From: Candidatus Hydrogenedentota bacterium
GTDB lineage: Bacteria > Hydrogenedentota > Hydrogenedentia > Hydrogenedentales > SLHB01
Assembly (NCBI GenBank): GCA_029974275.1
Contig: JARKSN010000017.1
Coordinates: forward strand, 1-18,628
Direction of reading: 5' to 3'
Length of the DNA stretch: 18,628 nucleotides
Part shown: piece by piece, positions 8,391 to 15,760 of the stretch
Position numbering within the stretch: the stretch's first letter is position 1
Layout: the number at the start of each line of letters is the position of its first letter
Program-made: the position numbers and the translations under genes
Notes under the pieces: model-generated
Told to the model about the DNA's origin: nothing
Databases searched by the model: none
What the model saw: only the letters and a program-made list of their open reading frames with translations

Positions 8391-8597
8391 ATGGACGTTG
8401 ACGCGCCTCACGTTTTTCCGCCCGGCGATCCGTGTGATCGGCAGGCGCTGGAATGGGTCCGGACATGGCCGCATTGGCCCGAATTGCATGACATCGTGTG
8501 GCGTCATGGCGTGAACCTCGCCGAGGCGGATGAGTACCTCCTGTTTGCCGCTGTGCTGGAGTCTCTCGTGGCGCATCGGGAGGAGGCTGCTCCGTGA
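8391..8597 (+). CDS. Small hypothetical protein (68 aa, Trp/His-rich)
   Basis: ATG 8391 is preceded by AAGGGG. It encodes MDVDAPHVFPPGDPCDRQALEWVRTWPHWPELHDIVWRHGVNL...EEAAP. Its TGA overlaps the next GTG start (GTGA), and the next gene's AGGAGG SD lies in its 3' end. Confidence 0.6.
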   Translation: MDVDAPHVFPPGDPCDRQALEWVRTWPHWPELHDIVWRHGVNLAEADEYLLFAAVLESLVAHREEAAP

Positions 8598-9826
8598 CGG
8601 CGGCGCTGTTGGCGGACATTGGCGCGGATACGGAGGTTCTGGCCGAGGCGTTGCGGGAATGCGAAGATATCCGCCTCGTGGTGGTCGACCGCGGCGTCCA
8701 CGACCGCTTGTCGACGCGGGGCGTTCCCCACGAGATGGCCGGGGGCGGCGGCGGCGTCCACGATCGCATTGTCCGGCTTGCCCAGCGATATGACATTCGG
8801 GCGGCGGCGATATCCGAGGAAGACGACCCCGCCCGATCGACAGCGACGATCCTGCGGATGCTGGGCGTGCCGGCATTTTATCCGTCAGATTTTCGTGGCG
8901 CCGGTTCCTCGTGGGCGCGCGCGATGGTCCGCCGACTGCGGGAGAGTATGTCGCCCGACTCGGCAGTTCCATGTTTTTCATGGGGGACGTTCGCGTTGCC
9001 GCGTCTTTTGCCGCTCCTTTCTCCGTTGGTCAAGCGGCTATTGCTGGTAGGCGGCGCTGATCCGGATGCGTCGTCCGCCGACGAAGCGTTGTCTGCCGAA
9101 GGGTGCGACGTCTTCCGCTGCTCTGCCGTGGAGGAAGCGCCTGGAAATGGATACGACGCCGTTGTATTTCTCGCGCCGTTTCCTCATGACGCGCAAGCCG
9201 AAAAGCGGCTTGGCGCCGCGCGCAGCATGATATCGCCGGAAGGATCGATCGTCGCGGCGTGTCGCAACGGTGAAGCGATGGAAGTCGCCGAAGCGTTCTA
9301 CACGGGGCTTTGGATGCCCCCCCGGCCTGGCGGCATGATGGCGACGCCGTTGGACGGCTACTCGCGTCTGGGAGTGGATATTTTGCTCTCCCGGGCCGGT
9401 TTGGAGCGGGATCGCAGCGAAACGATTTCTTTTCCCGGCATGCCGCATTGGGGATGGGCCGTTTCCGCGAAACGTCGGCCCGAACGCCTCGGGAACTACG
9501 GGCGGACGCAGCAACGCAAGCGAGAAATCGCCGAGGAAGCCAACCGGATGGGGGAGGCCCTTTTTGCGGCCGGCGACGCGATGGGGGCCGTCAAGACGTT
9601 TGTTTTTGCCGTTCGCACGTGGGACCGGAATGCCGTGTGCCTCAACAATCTTGCGACGGCGCTCCATGCGCTGGGGCGTTTTGAGGATGCATGGGATCGT
9701 CTGTTGGAAGGCCTGCATTTGGATCCGGAGAACGCCGCGCTCCGGGCGAATTTGGCGGACCTTGCCGTCTTGTTGCGCCGGGAGAAGGAAGCCCGCCGTC
9801 TGTTGGCGTTATTTCCGATCGCGTAA
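8594..9826 (+). CDS. Hypothetical protein with a degenerate class I SAM-methyltransferase-like domain and C-terminal TPR repeats
   Basis: AGGAGG SD at 8581-8586. TPR segment ANRMGEALFAAGD..GA...F..A...LNNLATALHALGRFEDA...L..DPEN. The central YDAVVF....H......L......PEG.IVA...N pattern resembles methyltransferase motifs. Confidence 0.72.
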   Translation: MTAALLADIGADTEVLAEALRECEDIRLVVVDRGVHDRLSTRGVPHEMAGGGGGVHDRIVRLAQRYDIRAAAISEEDDPARSTATILRMLGVPAFYPSDFRGAGSSWARAMVRRLRESMSPDSAVPCFSWGTFALPRLLPLLSPLVKRLLLVGGADPDASSADEALSAEGCDVFRCSAVEEAPGNGYDAVVFLAPFPHDAQAEKRLGAARSMISPEGSIVAACRNGEAMEVAEAFYTGLWMPPRPGGMMATPLDGYSRLGVDILLSRAGLERDRSETISFPGMPHWGWAVSAKRRPERLGNYGRTQQRKREIAEEANRMGEALFAAGDAMGAVKTFVFAVRTWDRNAVCLNNLATALHALGRFEDAWDRLLEGLHLDPENAALRANLADLAVLLRREKEARRLLALFPIA

Positions 9827-9828
9827 AT

Positions 9829-9840
9829 TCAGGGAGTTTG
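9829..9840 (+). repeat. 12-bp direct repeat TCAGGGAGTTTG, copy 2
   Basis: Identical to 8297-8308; lies 2 nt after the stop of the 8594-9826 gene. Confidence 0.6.
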
Positions 9841-9864
9841 TAAGCATTTTGGGGCAGTTCCCTG
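9830..9864. terminator. Imperfect hairpin between convergent genes
   Basis: CAGGGAGTT (9830-9838) can pair with AGTTCCCTG (9856-9864), including G-U pairs. It lies between the stops at 9826 and 9898. Confidence 0.3.
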
Positions 9865-9897
9865 CGCGCTGGATATGGCGTTTTCGTTCTTTTCGCG

Positions 9898-11154
9898 CTA
9901 TCGCTTGGGCAAGGCCGTCTTTCGGCGCTGCATCGTGGACGCGGCGAACCCGACGCATCCCAGCGCCGCCGCGATAGGCCACGCCGGCAACGGCAGGGAG
10001 ATCGATTCGTCAATGACGATGGGCGCGCTGGGGGAGCTGCCCCCGTTGTCAATCCCATACCCGCCGAGTGGAACGCCATAGATGTCGACAATGGAGTCGT
10101 CGTCGACGACGCTGAGAGAAATGGTTCCGTTTCCGCTTCCGCGGTGGATCGATACCACGTAATGGGCGCCGGACCCTTCGACCCGGACAATCGAACAGCC
10201 GGTCACGGCTCCGGAAACGGCCACGTTGAAATCGTCGATGTCCACGCCGGTGACGGGACGGGAGAATGCCACGGCAAATGATACGACGTCTCCCGACGTG
10301 GCAGGCAAGCCCATGGGAGCCGTTTCTACAACCTCGGGGCAGTCCGTCAACCATGCTGCGTAACATTGCTGGACGCAATTTTCGGCGAGGCGCTCGTATC
10401 CTTCTATGGACAAGTGGATGGGGTCCGACAGGGCTTCGGGCGGCGACGTGTAGGCTATGTCGCCTCCTGGAAATGGCGCGTAGGCGGGCGCGCCGCCCGG
10501 AAAAGGCGTTTGTCCCGCTTGGTAAACGCCTGGATACCCAAATCGATGCTGCATGAGTCCCAGATTGTGAATATACGAGCAGTCGTCGATGGACTGTGTC
10601 ATGGCCAGGACCCGTTGGCTGAAGTCGACGATTTTCTGGTTGGTTTCCTGCGCCGTGAGGTTGGGAAGCGGACGGTCGATATAGTCATAGCCGCACACCG
10701 CGACCCGAGCGTTGGGGCGTATCGACTTGATATGCAAGATCACGGTGCGAAGGTAGCCGGTGACTTCGTCGAACAGCGCCGCCTGTTCGGCGGGCGTCAT
10801 GGTTCCGGTCAGTCTTCCTAGGATATCGTTGCCGCCAAGGCTGACATGCACGATGTCTGCAGTTGGGTATGTGTTGAGCGCCAAGGTGATGCGATCGCAG
10901 CCGCCCGTGCCGAAGATCGGCCAGTTTTGGGCGAATTGACGCGCCGTTGTGCCGCCGATGGCGGTCTCGGCTCCTACCACGCCGCACTGGCTCAGGCCCG
11001 CATCGGCCAAGGGATGGGCGAACGATCCGACGCCTAGCATGATGGCGGCCCAGCTGTCTCCGACCAGGAGAATGCGGTTGACTGCCGCAGAAGCGTTGCA
11101 TGTCAGCCCGATAGCCACGATGGCGCATGCCACGCTCCATTTTCTCCGAGACAT
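9898..11154 (-). CDS. Secreted SGNH/GDSL hydrolase with a bacterial Ig-like domain and a C-terminal sorting-signal-like tail
   Basis: Start at ATG 11154 after AAGGAG. Signal peptide MSRRKWSVACAIVAIGLTCNASA. SGNH blocks GDSW, GGT, GGND and DPIH. Ig-like segment F.V.FSRPVTGVD..DF...GSG..Y.V....G.G.G.I.L...D.DSI.D. Tail LPLPAWPIAAALGCVGFAASTMQRRK. Confidence 0.88.
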   Translation of the reverse strand: MSRRKWSVACAIVAIGLTCNASAAVNRILLVGDSWAAIMLGVGSFAHPLADAGLSQCGVVGAETAIGGTTARQFAQNWPIFGTGGCDRITLALNTYPTADIVHVSLGGNDILGRLTGTMTPAEQAALFDEVTGYLRTVILHIKSIRPNARVAVCGYDYIDRPLPNLTAQETNQKIVDFSQRVLAMTQSIDDCSYIHNLGLMQHRFGYPGVYQAGQTPFPGGAPAYAPFPGGDIAYTSPPEALSDPIHLSIEGYERLAENCVQQCYAAWLTDCPEVVETAPMGLPATSGDVVSFAVAFSRPVTGVDIDDFNVAVSGAVTGCSIVRVEGSGAHYVVSIHRGSGNGTISLSVVDDDSIVDIYGVPLGGYGIDNGGSSPSAPIVIDESISLPLPAWPIAAALGCVGFAASTMQRRKTALPKR

Positions 11155-11206
11155 GATGATCTTCTCCTTGGTTATGCGTGCGGTTTTGGGTTCGACGTTG
11201 AAGTCT

Positions 11207-11235
11207 ATTGTAGCAGAACCGCGAAGGTTTGCGAA
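11207..11235 (-). promoter_or_regulatory. Candidate sigma70 promoter with extended -10 for the SGNH gene
   Basis: On the minus strand: TTCGCA (11235-11230), a 17-nt spacer and TACAAT (11212-11207), preceded by TG-n. Confidence 0.55.
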
Positions 11236-11300
11236 GGACGCGATGCAGGGGCGCAGGGGGGCTGTCGCGAAGTCGTCCGCCCCGTCCCGCTGGGGATCGT

Positions 11301-12920
11301 TTACGGATCGACGATGGGCGGAAGGTAGCGGCCGGGAGCGATGATGCCGTGCGGATCGAGGGCGCGCTTGATGTCCGCCGCAATTTCCCAAAAGACATCG
11401 CCGCGGGCATGAAGCTTGGGCATGCCGCGCAGGCCGGTTCGGTAGGGGACGTAGCCTTCGCGGAGGAGGGCCGCCATGGCCTGATCGTAACACGTCACGG
11501 CGCGTTGGGTTTCCTTCGGGTCGGTTTTGTCGAAGGCGATGTTGAAGATGCCGATCATGGCGCGCTCATTGAGCAGTGTAAACGTGGCGAGCGCATCGAA
11601 GCCGTGTTCCGTCAGGATGGGCGCGAGTAGATCGGTGACGGCGCGTGCGTCGCGGCCGGTCATCGGCACGACCGGAGACATCCAGAACAAACCGCAAGCG
11701 GGATCGAGCGCGCCGGGATCGCGCGTTTCGTTTGGCTGTCGTAGGCGCCATTCGGCTCCGAGCAGCGGGACGTCGGTGGGGACGCCGCGCAGCAAATCGT
11801 AATTGGGTTTGACGGCGGCAAGCTGTTCGGAAAGGCGCTTGCCGAAGGGGGTCCATGATAGGCATGACGCGGCGATGGAGCCCAGCGCGAGCAGGGCGTC
11901 GTTGACGAAGACGATGCGTCCCAAGCCGCGTACGGCCCGACGCAGGGCCCGTTTCGCGGCGCGTACGTGCGCGGCGGAGCCCGACAGGCTGCCGACGGCG
12001 TTCCAGACGCCGATTCCTTGGCGTTTGCGCATGACGGCGCGCAGATCCTCCGGCAAGGGCGTTTGCCCGCCTGCCTCCGCCCATGGGTAGCGTCCCTTCG
12101 CGCTGAACACGCGCAAGTCGTTGCCGATGTGAATGGCGGTCGTCAGGGTTCCGTCCAGGCGCAGCGGGCGCAGCCGGTCCACAAGGGCGCCAAGGCTTTC
12201 GTCGCGGTCTGCGGCGATGGCGAAGAAACAGAACCGATCGGGAACGGGTTGAAGCCACATGCCGATTTGCGTGACGATGCCGAAATTCGATTGGCAGAAC
12301 AGCCCGTCGAGTGACGGTCCGACGCCATAGCGGTAGACGCGTCCCGCGCGCGCGTTTGCATAGTGCGTGAATCCGGTGTTCAGCACGCGCCCGTCGGCGA
12401 GCACGATCTCCATGCCGCAGGCGCTCAGGAAATGGTCGCCATAGCGCGTGTGGCCGAAACCGCGGTCGAGGGTGTTGCCCACGAAGCTGGCGTCGCAGCC
12501 TGCGCCGGTGCAATCGATCCACAAGGGGATGTCGTTTTGCGTGAGGTGTTCGTGCAATTGCTGCAGCGATACGCCCGGTTCGATGACGGCGTACGCAAGC
12601 TCGGCGTTGATTTCGATGATGCGGTTCATCCGGGACAGGTCGACGATGGCTGCGCCTTCGACGGGAGCGCAGGCGTCGCCGTATCCCCAGTTTTTCCCGC
12701 GGGAGATTGGGTATAGGGCCGCGCCGCACTGTCCCGCGATGCGGACGATAGCTTGGACTTTTTCCGTGGATGTGGGCCACAAAACGCATGCCGGGCGAGG
12801 GGCGTTGTCTTGGGTGGTTTGGGCGTAGCGATCGAGCGTGGCCGCGTCGAACGCGACGTTGTCCGCGCCCAATTCCTGTTGCCACGCGTGAATGGCGCGG
12901 GGAATGTCCGTCTCCGTCAT
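11301..12920 (-). CDS. FAD-binding oxidoreductase, VAO/PCMH (4-cresol dehydrogenase flavoprotein-like) family
   Basis: PISRGKNWGYG, DLSRMNRI, IEPGV, GNTLDRG.G.T.YGDH, YG.GP.LDGLF.QSNFGIVT, PYRT, IKRALDPHGIIAPGRY. Start placed at ATG 12920 after a purine-rich SD. Confidence 0.92.
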   Translation of the reverse strand: MTETDIPRAIHAWQQELGADNVAFDAATLDRYAQTTQDNAPRPACVLWPTSTEKVQAIVRIAGQCGAALYPISRGKNWGYGDACAPVEGAAIVDLSRMNRIIEINAELAYAVIEPGVSLQQLHEHLTQNDIPLWIDCTGAGCDASFVGNTLDRGFGHTRYGDHFLSACGMEIVLADGRVLNTGFTHYANARAGRVYRYGVGPSLDGLFCQSNFGIVTQIGMWLQPVPDRFCFFAIAADRDESLGALVDRLRPLRLDGTLTTAIHIGNDLRVFSAKGRYPWAEAGGQTPLPEDLRAVMRKRQGIGVWNAVGSLSGSAAHVRAAKRALRRAVRGLGRIVFVNDALLALGSIAASCLSWTPFGKRLSEQLAAVKPNYDLLRGVPTDVPLLGAEWRLRQPNETRDPGALDPACGLFWMSPVVPMTGRDARAVTDLLAPILTEHGFDALATFTLLNERAMIGIFNIAFDKTDPKETQRAVTCYDQAMAALLREGYVPYRTGLRGMPKLHARGDVFWEIAADIKRALDPHGIIAPGRYLPPIVDP

Positions 12921-13056
12921 GATGCCCCCTTCCGCTCTGCCGGCAAGAAATCGCATGTATCGGCATGGTTTGCCGAAAACCGGACCTCTATGAAGATACG
13001 TGTTGCATGGCAGGCGGCGCAAGGGTTGCCGGGCGCAGGCGTCAGCGCCGTTTTTT

Positions 13057-13830
13057 TTATGGCTGCATTCCCAGGGCTTCTTTGAGCTGTTGGATGGCGC
13101 CGGGGATGTCGGGGAAGCCCCAGACGTTGCGTCCCACCGTGCTGCCTGCGGACCCGCTGCGCGCGACGTCGCGCAACATCTTGACGGCTTCGTCCAGGGT
13201 CTCGCATTTGGGGCCGCCCGCCGTCACCACGGGGATGGGCGTGACCGACACGATGTCGCCGAATGACGCTACATCGCCCGTGTACGGCACTTTTACGACG
13301 TCCGCGCCCATTTCCAGTCCCACGCGCACGGCGTAGGCGATGTCTTCAGGCGCGTCGCTGACGGAGGGGGCGCCGTCTTTCGGCACGATGGGGTAGATAT
13401 GGGGAATGACCGGCAGGCCGAAGCGTTCGGCTTCGCGAACCGTGTCGCTCAACCGTTTCATGTTTGCGAGTTCCCCTTCGCACTTGACGAGAATGGAGAC
13501 CGCGATCGCGTCGCCGCCCATCGCGACGACTTCCTCGACCTGTGCGTGGTCGGCATAGCCCGGGCGTCCCGCCGTAAGCGCCATTTGCTGCACGATGAGC
13601 GGCACGCGGCCGGCGAAGTGCTGGGAGCAGCGCATGGCCACGCCCTTGTTGAGCGTGATCGAGCTGGGTTTGCCTTCTGCGATCTGTTTGATGGTTTCTT
13701 CGATGCGCCGGAGCCCCTCGGGCATGCCGATGGGGTAGTTGATCATGTGGTCTGCTGCGATCGCCAGAATGCGTCCGGAGGGATCGCTGAAAATGCGGTT
13801 GAGTCGAATTTTTTTGCCTACGCTGCTCAT
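13057..13830 (-). CDS. Class I aldolase, DhnA/FbaB/LsrF family (Schiff-base TIM barrel)
   Basis: GKKIRLNRIF, A.DH, V..V.MGGDA, HIYP (catalytic Tyr position), EMGADVVKVPYTG (Schiff-base Lys), PVVTAGGPK, G...GRNVW. Confidence 0.9.
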   Translation of the reverse strand: MSSVGKKIRLNRIFSDPSGRILAIAADHMINYPIGMPEGLRRIEETIKQIAEGKPSSITLNKGVAMRCSQHFAGRVPLIVQQMALTAGRPGYADHAQVEEVVAMGGDAIAVSILVKCEGELANMKRLSDTVREAERFGLPVIPHIYPIVPKDGAPSVSDAPEDIAYAVRVGLEMGADVVKVPYTGDVASFGDIVSVTPIPVVTAGGPKCETLDEAVKMLRDVARSGSAGSTVGRNVWGFPDIPGAIQQLKEALGMQP

Positions 13831-13978
13831 TTGTAGAAGCCTTTATGGGTTTGGAATGGCGCTTGATGGTCTATCGCGTGTTGCTGTTGGTTTTGGGGGC
13901 GACGCTTCGATCGGGAGTGGGCCCGCCAAAATTTCGCTCGTCTTTTTCAGAAAACACACGATAACGCTCTTCTTTTGC

Positions 13979-14008
13979 ACGATATACGGGATAGGGCCCT
14001 TGTGTCAA
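13979..14008 (-). promoter_or_regulatory. Candidate sigma70 promoter for the aldolase gene
   Basis: On the minus strand: perfect TTGACA (14008-14003), an 18-nt spacer and TATCGT (13984-13979), within the AT-rich divergent intergenic region. Confidence 0.5.
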
Positions 14009-14179
14009 GCGAAAAATGACCAAATTTTGGAAAGAAGATGCGATGTCCCTTTTCGTTTTGAGGACTTGGTGCGGTGTTTGCTGGGAACTTTGTGCCGCAT
14101 GGGGTAGGTTTTGCTTGGAGAGGCGTGCGAAAGGGGGAGTGTTGTTGTTGGCGTTGCTGGGGTTATGGGGCGAAAAGCG

Positions 14180-14196
14180 TTGGCACACGGGTTGCG
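14180..14196 (+). promoter_or_regulatory. Sigma54 (RpoN) -24/-12 promoter of the flagellar operon
   Basis: TTGGCACACGGGTTGCG matches TGGCAC-N5-TTGC with exact GG-N10-GC spacing, about 45 nt upstream of the flgB start. Confidence 0.85.
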
Positions 14197-14239
14197 TTGC
14201 GGGCGCAGTGGGATACCCACCAAAGAAAGGAGGGATGTC

Positions 14240-14635
14240 GTGGGGGCGTTTGCGGGCGTCGATGCGGTGACGGTATTACGGCAGGGGCTGCGTGTCGCGC
14301 AGATGAGCCATCGGGTCATCGCCAATAATGTCGCTAACGTCGAAACCCCGAATTACAATTCCGTGTCACTCGATTTCCAGAAGACTTTGCGCGCCGCCAT
14401 CGAGGGACGCGACCGCGTCTCTCTCCGCAAGACCCAGGATCGCCATCTCGATGGGGTACGCGAGCTTCCGGAATTCGAACATCTTGCGATTTTGTCAAAA
14501 AATGACTATAATAAAGTTGACTTGGACACGGAAATGGCGAAGCTTTCGGAGAACACGGGAAAGTATATGCTTTACAGTAGTCTCATTGTTAAGCATTTTC
14601 AACAGGTGAAGAACCTGTTGAACAACATTCGGTAG
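14240..14635 (+). CDS. flgB: Flagellar basal-body rod protein FlgB
   Basis: VIANNVANVETPNY...DF and D.N.VDLDTEMAKLSEN...Y. GTG start at 14240 after AAGGAGGG. First gene before flgC. Confidence 0.93.
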   Translation: MGAFAGVDAVTVLRQGLRVAQMSHRVIANNVANVETPNYNSVSLDFQKTLRAAIEGRDRVSLRKTQDRHLDGVRELPEFEHLAILSKNDYNKVDLDTEMAKLSENTGKYMLYSSLIVKHFQQVKNLLNNIR

Positions 14636-14657
14636 TTGCGTATAGTGAGGTGGGACG

Positions 14658-15077
14658 ATGTTGGAGGCGGTTAGTGCAAGGGACATAGCCGTCAGCGGAA
14701 TGCGCGTGCAGCGTGTCCGGATGACGGTGTCGGCGAACAATATCGCCAATATCAATACGACGCGGACGGCGTCGGGCGGTGCGTTCCGGAGGCAGTTGGC
14801 CGTGTTGAAGGGGTCTCAGATTCGGCCCAATATGGAAGCCGAGAAGTTTGGGGTCCGGGTGAAGCGCGTGGAGAGCGATCCGAGTCCGTTGCGCACTGTT
14901 TTTCAGCCGGGTCATCCGGACGCGGACGCGGACGGGTATGTGGCGTATCCGAACATTGATTTGGCGACGGAGATGGTGGATTTGGTGTCGGCGCAGCGGG
15001 CGTATGAAGCGAATATTGCGGTGTTGGCGTCGGATCGCCGAATGAATCAAAAGGCGCTGGAGATTATCCAAGCGTGA
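14658..15077 (+). CDS. flgC: Flagellar basal-body rod protein FlgC
   Basis: SGM..QR.RM...ANNIAN.NTTRT..GG.FRR, PGHPDADADGYV.YPN.D...EMVDL.SAQRAYEAN. Confidence 0.97.
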   Translation: MLEAVSARDIAVSGMRVQRVRMTVSANNIANINTTRTASGGAFRRQLAVLKGSQIRPNMEAEKFGVRVKRVESDPSPLRTVFQPGHPDADADGYVAYPNIDLATEMVDLVSAQRAYEANIAVLASDRRMNQKALEIIQA

Positions 15078-15109
15078 TATACTGTGTGGGAGAGAGCAGG
15101 TAGGCAGCC

Positions 15110-15427
15110 ATGGCAGACGCTTTCCAGATACCGTCCATACAGCCGCAGCGGATCGAGATTGATCCGCATCAACTCCGGTCCGTCTCTCCGGGCGCTTCGG
15201 CGCCAGCCAAGTCATTCCAGGAAGTGCTTGCCGAGTCGATCGGCGAGGTGGAACGTTTGCAGCAGGAAGCGGATACGACCATCAAAAAGCTGGTGGCAGG
15301 CGAAATCCGCGATACGACGGAGGCCATGATCGCGGTCGAGAGGGCTGACATCGGTTTTCAGACGATGATGGTCATTCGCAACAAGATGGTGGCGGCGTAC
15401 GAGCAGATCATGCAAATGCAAGTGTAG
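15110..15427 (+). CDS. fliE: Flagellar hook-basal body protein FliE
   Basis: SF.EVL..SI.EV..LQ..AD......G......MIA.ERA...FQ....IRNK.V.AY..IM.MQV. Confidence 0.95.
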   Translation: MADAFQIPSIQPQRIEIDPHQLRSVSPGASAPAKSFQEVLAESIGEVERLQQEADTTIKKLVAGEIRDTTEAMIAVERADIGFQTMMVIRNKMVAAYEQIMQMQV

Positions 15428-15705
15428 GCCGCATGGCGTGCGGCGCAGGGCGGGGGCGGGGAGACATGCTTGCGTTCCTGCGTCGAGGACGGGCGCGAGG
15501 GGGCGCGGGAGAAGCGTTCGCGGGATGGCGTGAAGCCGTGGCGGACACAGTGTTGCGTAACGGCGGGCAGACTGATTCGGTGCCGGCCGAACGGATGTGC
15601 GGAGTCGAGAGTTGAAGTGACTTGTCCTGTTTGTCGTCGTGCGATGTCCTGAGTTTTGGGGATTGCGCGGGACGGCGGGATGCGTTTTGGGATTTCCGGC
15701 GGGAC

Positions 15706-15760
15706 GGGCTTCGCGCCGGAAGGGGGCGGCGTGCGCGCCGCCGCCGGCGCAGGGTTTTTT
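15706..15760 (+). terminator. Intrinsic terminator-like hairpin in the fliE-fliF spacer
   Basis: Outer stem GCGCCGG (15713-15719)/CCGGCGC (15744-15750) encloses inner stem GGCGGCG (15725-15731)/CGCCGCC (15736-15742). It is extendable by G-U pairs to 15706/15757 and ends in TTTTTT (15755-15760). Confidence 0.5.

Noticed and set aside
13013..13058. GGCGGCGC/GCGCCGTT stem followed by T8 on the plus strand
   Set aside because: The U-tract is on the strand opposite the two flanking minus-strand genes and the loop is long, so it is not supportable as their terminator; at most it could stop antisense transcription.
15560..15620. Possible c-di-GMP-I riboswitch in the fliF leader (GGGCAGAC resembles GGCAAAC)
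   Set aside because: The GNRA-capped P2 stem and the GACGCAAAGC core could not be found.
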